Of a stretch of 64,000 nt of DNA, positions 10,355 through 20,069 are shown one piece after another. Positions within the stretch are counted from its first letter, which is position 1. Every line of letters begins with the position of its first letter. A program made the translations under genes and the position numbers. The stretch is from assembly GCA_019058315.1 (NCBI GenBank), contig JAHPZH010000002.1:800001-864000 (forward strand), in the 5' to 3' direction. Below the pieces are notes generated by a model. The model was not told where the DNA came from and did no database searches. It was given only the letters and a program-made list of their open reading frames with translations. The stretch is from Candidatus Helarchaeota archaeon (GTDB lineage Archaea; Asgardarchaeota; Lokiarchaeia; Helarchaeales; RDOG01).

Positions 10355-11032
10355 TTGATTGATTTACATATTCATACTAATTATTCAGATGGACAAGCTA
10401 CCATTCGTGAAGTATTAGAAATTGCAAGTAGAAAGAAATTAGAATATATTGCTATTTCTGATCATTATACCACCACCTCTAAACAGAACATAATACCGAC
10501 CCTTTCTCTTGAAATAATTGATAAATATATTAAAGAAATAAGAGCAACAACTGCTTCATTTTCTACGAAATGTTTTGTAGGAATTGAAATTGATTGTGAA
10601 TCTAAGTTTAAAGATATTGAAAAATTACCGCTTGAAGAATTCGAACTAATCCAATTTGAAGATGTTTTTTCGATAAATATTTTGAAAGAAGTATGTGAAT
10701 TAATTGATAAAAGGCAACTTCAAGGAATTTTTTGTTTAGCTCATCCCGCTATTCATTTTTACAATGATTCTTATCCTGTAGATCTTGATTTTATAAGAAA
10801 ACAGCTTGCCCCATTACTTGTTGAATATAATATTGCATTTGAACTGAATTCACGTTACACTCATCGTTGGGCAAATCTTGTTCCGAGAATTAAGGCTTTA
10901 TTAGATATGGGAATCTCATTTTCAATTGGAAGTGATGCTCATTTCAAATCTGATATAGGCGGAGTCTTAGAGCAATATGAATTCTTAAAAAAAATGGGTG
11001 GATTAAAGAATATTATAAAACTAAGTATTTGA
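10355..11032 (+). CDS. PHP-domain phosphoesterase (histidinol phosphatase-like)
   Basis: DLHIHTNYSDG, ISDH, GIE, LAHP, FELNS and GSDAH. Confidence 0.9.
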   Translation: MIDLHIHTNYSDGQATIREVLEIASRKKLEYIAISDHYTTTSKQNIIPTLSLEIIDKYIKEIRATTASFSTKCFVGIEIDCESKFKDIEKLPLEEFELIQFEDVFSINILKEVCELIDKRQLQGIFCLAHPAIHFYNDSYPVDLDFIRKQLAPLLVEYNIAFELNSRYTHRWANLVPRIKALLDMGISFSIGSDAHFKSDIGGVLEQYEFLKKMGGLKNIIKLSI

Positions 11033-11159
11033 TAATTTCATCAGCATTCTTAAGATTTTTAAATTATTGTTTGTACTTAGATAAAATTAGAATGGATATT
11101 GTTAAAATCGGAACAAAAACTAAATTTTGGATATTAAATCAACAAATTAAGGAGATTTA

Positions 11160-11543
11160 TTGAAAAATAATCAAAAAGGAGGTTTAAAAATTACAAAAAC
11201 TAAAAAAATTTTATTTAAAGGAACCATACAAGGAACAGTGAGTTCTTTTTTTCCTCATGTAGGATATTTTTTAGGTAATTGGGCTTATAACAATTATATT
11301 AGCTTTATGATTAAGTTAGATAAAGTTATTGAAGGAAATCCAATAAAAATCCCCGAAGAATTTCCAGTATTAGGACAAAAATATGTAGACAGAGAGTATC
11401 TCCTCAATACTCATGTGAGAAATAAAGATATTATCTATGTTACTGGAAAAATAATTTAAAATACATTAAAGCATTGGAAAAAGGATGTCATTTGGATGAA
11501 AGCTGACCATATCTATAACGAAACTCTAAATTTTGGATACTAA
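11160..11543 (+). pseudogene. Hypothetical beta-rich (OB-fold-like) protein interrupted by an in-frame TAA at 11457-11459
   Basis: The same frame continues for 27 sense codons (NTLKHWKKDVIWMKADHIYNETLNFGY*) and ends at 11543, exactly abutting the convergent gene. Confidence 0.5.
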
Positions 11544-13940
11544 CTAACAAGATATTGTTATTTCCAATTTATTTTTAAAATTAACTTCCAATTTATAAAT
11601 ATTTTTCGACTTTTTGATTAAATTAATGTGTTTTATATTATCAATCTGCCATTGATTTTCTTCTGGATTAAAGAAAGTAAGATTTCCAACATTCTTTCCA
11701 GGGAATTCTATTTTTAATTTTATTTTTTTGGAATCGTTATCATAAACACAATTTTTAATTTCTACAGCCCCTTGCATAAAATGAAGAGTTGATGAAAGAA
11801 GTTGTGGTCTAGATTCTACTTCTTTAATTGTAATTAATTCACATGAATGTCTTCTAATGTTTCTAAAGGTAAATTTTTGCTTAAAAGTTCCGAAATATTT
11901 CTGCTTCCAGAATTCATATATGTGATATTCCTTATCTTTTCTTAATCCTAAATCCTCAAACTTTAATTCAATATTTTTTGATTTATTACTCCAATTAAAA
12001 ATTCCTACAATATGCCAATCTCCAAATTCTCTTTTTATTGGAAGGTCTAGAATTTCAGGCATTTCACTTTCGAAGAGATCGATGGGTATAGCTGTATTAC
12101 CATCAAATGGAAAAAACTTTTTAATCAAACTAATTTGTTTATCATTCACAAAAGAGAAGTTATCGCTTAAGAAGTAATAACCATTTAATAATGCTATGCA
12201 TGTAATCTCTGTTTTTACTTCCTCTTCCGTAAGATTTGTGTTTTCTAACCTGACCATTAAACAATCAGGATCATTAATCCAAAACTTCTTATGCATGAAA
12301 AAGGCTCTTATATTATTTCTCATTGCATTTACAACGCAAGGAACTCCATGTAAATGTATACGTTTTCTTAATAATTTTGCATACCAAGGATCCCAACTAG
12401 TGTGTGTATCTGGGGAAACTCTCATCGCGTTGACAAGCCCGATTGACGGTCCGATAGGTGCTCCGCACCCGAGTAATAATACATCCGGTCCAATTGCTTT
12501 TCGAATGATATCAAGCCCTTTTCTATAGACCTGGGCCCTAGTCATTTTTTTATTATAATAATTTGTAGTTGCAACAGCTCCAAAAATAAAATCAATTTTA
12601 ATGCATTTAAAGCCCCAATCATTAGTAATTTTAGTAAATAATGAATGCAACCACTCTTGGACTTCCGGATGAGAACAGTCTAAAGCATATATTGTATTTC
12701 TATAACCCCAAGCCGGATTTTTAGTTACAACAACTGGTTTTCCCTTATTATTTCGAAGTACCCAATTTGGGTGTTTTTTATAAAGCATAGATTTTTTTCC
12801 AACAAAAAATGGGGCTAACCATAACCCCGCTTTGAATCCTTTTTTTTCAATTTTATCCACAAATTTTTTCATTCCATCTGGAAACTTTTCATTAGCCTCC
12901 CAATCTCCGATTGTCTTTTGATACCCATCATCAAGCTGGAAAAAAGTTATAGGAATTTGATCTCGTCTTTCAGCTAGAAAATCTAAATTCTTTGAACATT
13001 CTTCTTCATTAATTTTATGAAAATAAATATACCAAGTGCAATATCCTGTCGGAACAGTATCCCATTGGATTGTTTTGTTTATTTTTTTAATTAAATCAGC
13101 GTAAAGGGTTAAATTTTCTATTGGCGGAGTTACAAAATTAACCACTAGTAATTCTGAAAATAATTCTTCATTTGGTTCTAGAATAATATTATCTGCTTGA
13201 GATCTTGTTCTTAATTTCTTTAAAGCTCTTTTCTTTTTGTTAAACTGAAAAATTATTTGAGATAATTGATTTTCAAAGGTTAAAAATCCAAATAGAATAC
13301 TGGATTGTGTTTTTAAATTCTTGATTACTATATAATTATCCCCCACTTGCTCATATTTTTCCCTCTGTTCATCTGGATTTGATAGAAATACTACACGTCC
13401 AGGTGCAATAAAATCTGGGACTTTTGGCCTAAAATCTTTTTCAAAAGGATCTATCAATTTAATAGGAGCCCATGATTGATATTGTCCAGCTAAAATTTTC
13501 CAGTCATTAATTGAAGTACCTAAATCTATGCTGCTTAGACTAGTTTCCCGTAATTCAATGGGATTAAATGATTTTATCCTTATATTTTTCCCTAGATTAT
13601 TAATAATTGAATTTTGTAGAAAAATAAAAGGTTTATTTTCAAATAATTTAATCATTAATTTCAAATGTGGTTTGTCAATTTTCGATAGAAAATTCAAAGT
13701 TAATGACTTTCCTTTACCGCCCTCATCTTCAAAATCGTTTATCTCCCATTTAATTTCTGCTTCATCTAGACTATCAACATCTCTGGAATCATATAAAATA
13801 GAGGAAAAACCATTCGAAATAATAGTATTTTGCTTCTTTTTATCCATGAAATTCATGAAACCTGAATTAGTATCAAATTGGAAATTAATAAACTCATTTT
13901 CAACTGTTAGAATCCCATCATTTTCGTTAAAACTTATCAT
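11544..13940 (-). CDS. Alpha-galactosidase, glycoside hydrolase family 36-like
   Basis: GYCTWY, QLDDGYQ, GLWLAPF, KIDF (nucleophile), RVSPD (acid/base) and NDPD. Confidence 0.88.
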   Translation of the reverse strand: MISFNENDGILTVENEFINFQFDTNSGFMNFMDKKKQNTIISNGFSSILYDSRDVDSLDEAEIKWEINDFEDEGGKGKSLTLNFLSKIDKPHLKLMIKLFENKPFIFLQNSIINNLGKNIRIKSFNPIELRETSLSSIDLGTSINDWKILAGQYQSWAPIKLIDPFEKDFRPKVPDFIAPGRVVFLSNPDEQREKYEQVGDNYIVIKNLKTQSSILFGFLTFENQLSQIIFQFNKKKRALKKLRTRSQADNIILEPNEELFSELLVVNFVTPPIENLTLYADLIKKINKTIQWDTVPTGYCTWYIYFHKINEEECSKNLDFLAERRDQIPITFFQLDDGYQKTIGDWEANEKFPDGMKKFVDKIEKKGFKAGLWLAPFFVGKKSMLYKKHPNWVLRNNKGKPVVVTKNPAWGYRNTIYALDCSHPEVQEWLHSLFTKITNDWGFKCIKIDFIFGAVATTNYYNKKMTRAQVYRKGLDIIRKAIGPDVLLLGCGAPIGPSIGLVNAMRVSPDTHTSWDPWYAKLLRKRIHLHGVPCVVNAMRNNIRAFFMHKKFWINDPDCLMVRLENTNLTEEEVKTEITCIALLNGYYFLSDNFSFVNDKQISLIKKFFPFDGNTAIPIDLFESEMPEILDLPIKREFGDWHIVGIFNWSNKSKNIELKFEDLGLRKDKEYHIYEFWKQKYFGTFKQKFTFRNIRRHSCELITIKEVESRPQLLSSTLHFMQGAVEIKNCVYDNDSKKIKLKIEFPGKNVGNLTFFNPEENQWQIDNIKHINLIKKSKNIYKLEVNFKNKLEITISC

Positions 13941-13964
13941 AATTACACCAAATATTTCTTTTTA

Positions 13965-14528
13965 TTATCCACCCAATCTTTCAATAAATGTAATATCAGA
14001 ATAAAATGGTTTAACATTTCTAATCTCAGAACCAACAACAACTACTTCTTTTTCAATTTTAAAACCAAATGATTTAATAAAATTAACTGCTGAAAGATTT
14101 TCGGAATATACCTCACAAATCCATTTTTTAATTCCTTTATCCTTCAAGTATAATCCCCCATGAACCGCTAAAGCCGTTGCTACACCTGATTTTCTAAAGC
14201 TTGGATGAACTCCAATTTGGGAAATTAACCCAATTCTTTCTCCCTCCCGTTCTTCTATATTCACAATTATAAAACCAACTAATTTTCCTTCCTTATTTTC
14301 AGCTACAAAGATATCTTCAGCTGGAACTTCATCAAGTTCTCCAAGCGTTAAGGGGATAAAAGGATTTTTAGAATAGGTGAATGATCTGTTAAAAAGATCA
14401 ATAAAAATATCTTTTTCTCGAGTTTTATCTATGTTTCTTATCTTCATTTTTGAAGATATTTCAGGAATCTTCAAAGATTCTAAATCTAGAGTCATTATGT
14501 AATAAAGATATGTTACTCGAGATTGCAT
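13965..14528 (-). CDS. GNAT-family N-acetyltransferase
   Basis: IGVHPSFRKSGVATAL acetyl-CoA motif A and NLSAVNFIKSFGF. Confidence 0.9.
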   Translation of the reverse strand: MQSRVTYLYYIMTLDLESLKIPEISSKMKIRNIDKTREKDIFIDLFNRSFTYSKNPFIPLTLGELDEVPAEDIFVAENKEGKLVGFIIVNIEEREGERIGLISQIGVHPSFRKSGVATALAVHGGLYLKDKGIKKWICEVYSENLSAVNFIKSFGFKIEKEVVVVGSEIRNVKPFYSDITFIERLGG

Positions 14529-14619
14529 AATTAAGAATAAATAAAATTATATTAAAAAAATTGAATGTTCATACAAATTCTTAAAAACTACGATAATCAA
14601 TCTAAAGCTTATTTATTAT

Positions 14620-16128
14620 GTGTTGGAAATGGAAGATTCTTTATTTAATCCAAGAGGCGTTGCAGTAGTAGGAGCATCTCCACATTTCGTTTCTGGAGGA
14701 ACTTTCTTCTTAAGAGCACTATTAGCTGCGGAATTTCCTAAAGAAAGGTTATTTCCTATAAATCCAAAACATAAGGAAATGTATGGTCTTAAAGTTTATC
14801 CAAATCTTCAATCAGTTCCACATCCAGTGGATTATGTTATTGTTATTGTTCCTAAAAATGCCACGTTTGACGTAATGAAGGATTGTGTTGAAAAAAAAGT
14901 CAAATTAGTAAGTTGTTTCACTTCTGGATTTTCTGAAATTGGTAATAAAGAAGATGAGAAACGACTAGTGTCTATTGCTAAAAAAGGTGGTGTCCGATTA
15001 TTAGGTCCTAACTGTATGGGGTTATGTGTGCCTAAACTCCGGTTAGTGTTTGATACAGGAATCGAAGCTGGAGAGGAATGGGCAGGTAATATTTCAATTA
15101 TCTCTCAATCTGGTGGAAATGCTGATGTTATGATTATAATAGGAAATGGAATCGGTTTAAAATTTAATAAAGCGGTATCTTATGGAAATGGGTCTGATAT
15201 AAATGCAGATGAACTTTTAAAATATTTTAAAAATGACCCTGAAACTCATATAATCTTACAATATTTGGAAGGATTTAAAACAATTGAACAAGGGAGAAAT
15301 TATTTGAAAACCCTTCGTGAAACGACTCTAAAAAAACCTGTACTTATCTTTCAAGGAGGGACTACAGCTATAGGAAAACGATCTATATTCAGCCATACGG
15401 GTTCCATCTCTGGAGACAATCGTGTGATAGAAGGAGCCTTTAAGCAAGCTGGAGCTATTATGGTTAAGCAAGGAATTAGACATGTTCTATATACTGCCTT
15501 ATTAATTTCATGCTTTCAAAAATCTAATAAATTATTTAAAGTTGGACCAAATCTCGGGACAATTCTAGGGGGAGGAGGTAATAATGTATATGTTGCTGAT
15601 ATTTGTTCTAAAATGGGATTTAATTTTCCTGCATTCGACGAAGATATGAAAGAATGGCTTAAAAAAAATGTTGGGGAAGTTGGAACTGTATTGGGAAATC
15701 CAATTGACATGAATGCCGGCATGAGTGGCTATAAAACTGCTATTAAAATAATGAAATTGATGGATAAAATAGATCAAATTGACGTTATTACCTATGAAAC
15801 CGATTTTGATTGGTGGTTAGTATCTGCTAAAATTAGACAAAAATTGGATTTATACAAAGAATTTGATTTTAAAGTATTAATGGAATCAATAATGGATACG
15901 AATGTTAAAACCTTGATTCGTAACATAAGAAAGCTCCAAAAACCAGTTATCCTTGTCTCTTCACAGACATTTTATGATGCAGATATCGTTTCAAAACGAA
16001 ATGAATTAGAAGATACTTTTCGCAAGGCTGATATACCCATTATAAATGATATGGCTACCATGGCAACGGCTTTAAAATACCTAATTGAATATAAAGAGTA
16101 TATTTTAAATGTAAAAAAAACATTATAA
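14620..16128 (+). CDS. Acyl-CoA synthetase (ADP-forming) alpha subunit / CoA-binding protein
   Basis: VAVVGAS, GFSE, RLLGPNCMG, ISQSG, SYGN, SHTGS (catalytic His) and NPIDM. Confidence 0.88.
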   Translation: MLEMEDSLFNPRGVAVVGASPHFVSGGTFFLRALLAAEFPKERLFPINPKHKEMYGLKVYPNLQSVPHPVDYVIVIVPKNATFDVMKDCVEKKVKLVSCFTSGFSEIGNKEDEKRLVSIAKKGGVRLLGPNCMGLCVPKLRLVFDTGIEAGEEWAGNISIISQSGGNADVMIIIGNGIGLKFNKAVSYGNGSDINADELLKYFKNDPETHIILQYLEGFKTIEQGRNYLKTLRETTLKKPVLIFQGGTTAIGKRSIFSHTGSISGDNRVIEGAFKQAGAIMVKQGIRHVLYTALLISCFQKSNKLFKVGPNLGTILGGGGNNVYVADICSKMGFNFPAFDEDMKEWLKKNVGEVGTVLGNPIDMNAGMSGYKTAIKIMKLMDKIDQIDVITYETDFDWWLVSAKIRQKLDLYKEFDFKVLMESIMDTNVKTLIRNIRKLQKPVILVSSQTFYDADIVSKRNELEDTFRKADIPIINDMATMATALKYLIEYKEYILNVKKTL

Positions 16129-16146
16129 AAATCGGAAGGATTAATA

Positions 16147-16965
16147 ATGGAAGAAGAATCAGTTGTTAATAAGTATCCCATAGTATTTTTTTATATCACT
16201 GTATTAGCGATTGGATTTATTGCTTTAATACCTGTAATATTTTTTGGAATTGGTATATTCACATTAATTTCTGCTACTAGTGCGAGTTTAGGTGCTATAA
16301 TTTTTGTTGGTATAACAAGAAAAAAGGAAGGTCTTAAGGATCTATTTAGCACCTTTAAGAATTGGCGTTGTAACCCAGTTTGGTATATTATATCTATTTT
16401 TTTAATGCCTGGTCTTACACTTCTTGCAATGGGAATTTCTATTATGCTTGGTCTTCCTCTAAGATCAAGCTATCTAACCCCTCCACCTTTACGAAATTTA
16501 GAATTATTCATTTTTCAGTTCATATTTATATTTTTTCAGGCAGGTTTAGGTGAGGAAATCGGTTGGCGCATCTACGCTACTCCAAAGCTTGCAGAAAAAT
16601 ATTCAAAATTAAAAGCAGCCCTAATAGTTGGTGTTCTTTGGGCTTTCTGGCATACTCCTTTATTTTTATTTCCGGGAACGTTACAACATGAAATGTCAGT
16701 CCAAGCCGGATTTTTATTTGCTTATTCGGGATATATGTTGTACGTAGCTCTTTCTGCTATTTTATTTGCATGGGTATATTTTCAATCAGGTGGAAATGCA
16801 TGGCTACCTGTATTGCTTCACACAACCCTGAACGCGGCTAACTGGCTCTTACTGCCGGAAGCTCCCTTCATAGTGAAGATGGTTTTTACTGTTTTAGTAT
16901 GGATCCTTTCTATATTAGTTGCAGCGGTTTATGGTTCTGATCTTTCTCGAAAAATTAAGGATTAA
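16147..16965 (+). CDS. CPBP (Abi/CAAX) intramembrane glutamic endopeptidase
   Basis: GEEIGWR, WAFWH and LLHTTLN motifs; multiple TM helices. Confidence 0.92.
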   Translation: MEEESVVNKYPIVFFYITVLAIGFIALIPVIFFGIGIFTLISATSASLGAIIFVGITRKKEGLKDLFSTFKNWRCNPVWYIISIFLMPGLTLLAMGISIMLGLPLRSSYLTPPPLRNLELFIFQFIFIFFQAGLGEEIGWRIYATPKLAEKYSKLKAALIVGVLWAFWHTPLFLFPGTLQHEMSVQAGFLFAYSGYMLYVALSAILFAWVYFQSGGNAWLPVLLHTTLNAANWLLLPEAPFIVKMVFTVLVWILSILVAAVYGSDLSRKIKD

Positions 16966-16983
16966 CATCAGTTTATAAATTTT

Positions 16984-17547
16984 TTATCGTCTATGATTGA
17001 TTAATTCTCCAATGATGTAATTAAATGCCTCCTTAACATTCATATTCTGTTTTGCTGAAGTTTCCATATACTTAAAACCAATTTTATCAGCATATTCTTG
17101 ACCTTGTGTTGGTGATATTTTTCGTGGAGAAATATCAATTTTATTGCCGATTAGAATCCTTGGGACTTCATTATCAATATATTTTTCAATTTGCTTTTTC
17201 CAAAATGATAGATTTTTAAAAGTTTTCGAATTTGTAACATCAAAAACTAATATGATACCATTTACTCTATCATAAAATTGTCTAAAAGATTCCGCCCTAT
17301 AAAATTTAAGATCTCCTAATATTTGCCAAAAATTAACCTTAACTTCCTCATTAAGACTTGGCTTATTTATTTTCAAAGTCTCAATATCCCATCCCAATAC
17401 ATTATGTTTTCCAAGTTTTCTAAAATCAAGGGGAAGATAACGATATAATAAAGAAGTCTTACCAGATCCATTATCACCAATAATAATAACTTTATAACTT
17501 GGCAAATTTTTTTCCCATTTCTTCAATATTATAGTAAATATAATCAC
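16984..17547 (-). CDS. Rab-like small GTPase with degenerate switch motifs
   Basis: G1 GDNGSGKT, G4 NKID and G5 ETSAK. G3 reads WQILGD instead of WDxxGQ. Confidence 0.85.
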   Translation of the reverse strand: MIIFTIILKKWEKNLPSYKVIIIGDNGSGKTSLLYRYLPLDFRKLGKHNVLGWDIETLKINKPSLNEEVKVNFWQILGDLKFYRAESFRQFYDRVNGIILVFDVTNSKTFKNLSFWKKQIEKYIDNEVPRILIGNKIDISPRKISPTQGQEYADKIGFKYMETSAKQNMNVKEAFNYIIGELINHRR

Positions 17548-17688
17548 TTAAAATTGTAAAGAATATTAAAAATTATTTCATTTGATATTATTAAAATGAA
17601 AACCTAATGGATTTTTTCTTTTCTCAGTTTTATATGAGTCTTTTCCCTTTTTATTAACAAAAATGAATAGTTAAATTGCAGATGAAAC

Positions 17689-18876
17689 ATGAGATTGACA
17701 GAGCACATTCAACTAAAGAAGAGTAAGGAATTATCAAATCTTTGCCATTTATCTAAAAACCTATACAATGAAGCTAACTATATCATAAGACAAAGATTTT
17801 TTAAAGATAGACATTGGACTCGTTATACTGAGCTAAATAAGATTTTAAAAACCTCTACAAATTATAAATCATTACCGATTCAATCTTCTCAACAAATCAT
17901 GAGATTATTGGATAAGAATTGGAAATCGTTTTTCAAAGCAATAAAAGATTGGAAAATATATCCTGAAAAATATTTTGGCAGCCCAAAATTACCGAGATAT
18001 AAAAAGAAGAATGGGGAATATCTGGTCATCTTTACTAACCAACAATGCCGAATTAAAGATGGATTTCTAAAATTTCCTAAAAAATCAAACCTAACACCAA
18101 TTAAAACAAGAATAGACAACAACCTACACCAAGTTAGAATCATACCAAGAGGAGAGAGATACATTTTAGAAATCATTTATGAACAAGATGTAATTAATTT
18201 AGAATTGGATAAAAGCAGAATTATAGGGATTGATTTGGGACTAAACAATCTCGTAACTGTCGTGAATAATGTTGGCTTACAACCATTCGTTATTAAAGGC
18301 GGGATAGTTAAATCTATCAATCAATACTATAATAAGCAATTAGCAAAGTTTAAGTCGATAAAAGACAAGCAAAAATACAAATTTGAAACAAAACGATTAC
18401 AACGCTTAACGTTAAAGAGGAATAATAAGATAAAGAACATATTTCATAAAGTTTCACGAATGATAATTTCTTTTTGTATCGAAAATAATTTTGGAAAGAT
18501 AATTTTCGGATATAATATCGGTTGGAAGCAAAATATAACAATTGGTAAGACAAATAATCAAAACTTTGTGCACGCTCCGTTTTCAAAATTGCTTCAAATG
18601 GTAAAATATAAAGCCGAATTGATTGGAATTGATGTAAAGCTAATTGAAGAAAGCCATACTTCTAAATGTAGTTTTTTAGATGGTGAGTCGATTGAACACC
18701 ACAACCATTACTTAGGAATGAGAGTTAAAAGAGGATTATTCAAGACAAAGAATGGAAAAATAATTAATGCTGATGTAAACGGGGCTTATAATATTATTAA
18801 AAAAGCAGTCCCAAATGCCTTCTCGGTTGATGGGATAGAGGCACTTGGGTTAGTGCCACAATCTATTTTGATATAA
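17689..18876 (+). CDS. tnpB: RNA-guided endonuclease TnpB (IS200/IS605 family)
   Basis: SKNLYN, PKLPRYK, RuvC-I GIDLGLNNL, YKAELxGI, EESHTSKCS, RVKRGLF and NADVNGAYNI. Confidence 0.95.
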   Translation: MRLTEHIQLKKSKELSNLCHLSKNLYNEANYIIRQRFFKDRHWTRYTELNKILKTSTNYKSLPIQSSQQIMRLLDKNWKSFFKAIKDWKIYPEKYFGSPKLPRYKKKNGEYLVIFTNQQCRIKDGFLKFPKKSNLTPIKTRIDNNLHQVRIIPRGERYILEIIYEQDVINLELDKSRIIGIDLGLNNLVTVVNNVGLQPFVIKGGIVKSINQYYNKQLAKFKSIKDKQKYKFETKRLQRLTLKRNNKIKNIFHKVSRMIISFCIENNFGKIIFGYNIGWKQNITIGKTNNQNFVHAPFSKLLQMVKYKAELIGIDVKLIEESHTSKCSFLDGESIEHHNHYLGMRVKRGLFKTKNGKIINADVNGAYNIIKKAVPNAFSVDGIEALGLVPQSILI

Positions 18877-18920
18877 TAGATTGAAATAAATCTTATCATA
18901 TTTGATAGATTTTTGTAACC
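18808..18920 (+). ncRNA. Predicted TnpB omegaRNA scaffold (3' part), overlapping the tnpB 3' end
   Basis: Stems GTCCCA/TGGGAT, GGCACT/AGTGCC (18840-18857), CAATCTATT/AATAGATTG (18859-18883) and a subterminal hairpin at ~18888-18912. Loop-region GGTTA is complementary to terminal TAACC. Confidence 0.55.
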
Positions 18921-19036
18921 TAGCAAATTCAAATTATAAATTTATAGATTTTAATTAGAATTAAATAAATGGAATTTAAAAATAATTATTTTAATAATTT
19001 ATTGTGATTTTAAGAAATATCTAAATCGAGATTACA

Positions 19037-19270
19037 ATGCCTTTTAAAGAAGTTGATATTCCATCACATATAAGAAGTTATCAAGGGTATCCTCAGTTAA
19101 TTGAAAATGAAGGCTGCCCTAGATGCAAAAGTCTGATGTTAACTGTTGATATTAAAAGCTTTAAGATAGGTAATTTAACATTCGGTGCAACTTGCTCGAA
19201 CTGTGGGCTGTTTTTTTATGTAAAAGAGGATGATAAGAACCAAAAATTATTATTTGAATATGAAAAATAA
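19037..19270 (+). CDS. Small zinc-ribbon protein
   Basis: CPRC...CSNC in 77 aa; co-oriented with the three downstream genes. Confidence 0.6.
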   Translation: MPFKEVDIPSHIRSYQGYPQLIENEGCPRCKSLMLTVDIKSFKIGNLTFGATCSNCGLFFYVKEDDKNQKLLFEYEK

Positions 19271-19284
19271 TTGTTCTTTAAACA

Positions 19285-20043
19285 TTGGTGAATTTAGTGA
19301 CACTTTCTGTTGGGGGAATTAAGGATATTAGCACTATTGATTATCCTGGAGAAGTAGTTTCCGTAATTTTTTTATGTGGTTGCCCCTTTAAATGTCCATT
19401 TTGCCAAAATTGGTCATTGCTTGATTATAAGAATTGTAATGATACAGAAATTTCTGATATTATATTAAAATTAAAGGATTATTCGGATTTTGTTAATGGT
19501 GTTTGTATTACAGGTGGTGAACCTACTTTACAAGAGAAAGGATTAATTGAATTTCTTAATCAAGGAAAGGATCTAGGTTTATTAAAATTGGATACAAATG
19601 GATTCTATCCCAGAATTATTGAAGAAATTTTGAAAATGAAGGTTATTTCATATATTGCACTTGATATTAAAACAAGATTTAACCCTATTGAATATGGGAC
19701 TGCATGTGGTCTCCCCGAATCTGGAGAAAAAATTATAAAACAAGTCAAAAGGTCAATCGAATTAATATTAAAGGAACCTTCAATCATTTTTGAAGCTCGT
19801 ACTACTATTGTTCCTAATTTAATTGATAAAGAAGAACAGATTGAAGAGATTGTATCTAGCTTATCTGGAGTTAAAAGATACGTTTTACAACAATTTAGAT
19901 CTGATGGAGGAACATTGGATCCGAATTTTAAAAATTTAGAAATGCCCTCCTATTCAAAAATGGTAAAATTGGCAGAAATTGCAAAAAAATATATAGACGA
20001 TGTCCGAATTAGGACCCTACTTAATGGAGAAGAAATAATTTAA
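19285..20043 (+). CDS. nrdG: Anaerobic ribonucleotide reductase activating protein-like radical SAM enzyme
   Basis: STIDYPG, GCPFKCPFCQN, ITGGEPT, KLDTNG, ALDIK and EARTT. Confidence 0.85.
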   Translation: MVNLVTLSVGGIKDISTIDYPGEVVSVIFLCGCPFKCPFCQNWSLLDYKNCNDTEISDIILKLKDYSDFVNGVCITGGEPTLQEKGLIEFLNQGKDLGLLKLDTNGFYPRIIEEILKMKVISYIALDIKTRFNPIEYGTACGLPESGEKIIKQVKRSIELILKEPSIIFEARTTIVPNLIDKEEQIEEIVSSLSGVKRYVLQQFRSDGGTLDPNFKNLEMPSYSKMVKLAEIAKKYIDDVRIRTLLNGEEII

Positions 20044-20069
20044 TAAAATATTATTAACTTACTAAAAGA

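Larger units (their letters stand above)
17689..18920 (+). mobile_element. IS1341-like solo tnpB element (no tnpA); left end not located
   Basis: tnpB followed by three hairpins and a terminal TAAC(C) at 18916-18920. No Y1 transposase in the window. Confidence 0.7.

Noticed and set aside
12196-14004. Antisense and nested ORFs in the track (e.g. 12196..12528, 13528..14004, 32313..32651, 45137..45523, 52839..53207, 60889..61092)
   Set aside because: They are shadows of well-supported genes on the opposite strand or frame and have no recognisable motifs.
408-17547. ICMT-like methyltransferase + CPBP/CAAX protease + Rab-like GTPases as a prenylation pathway
   Set aside because: None of the three GTPases ends in a Cys/CaaX motif, both enzyme families are widespread in prokaryotes, and the genes are not clustered.
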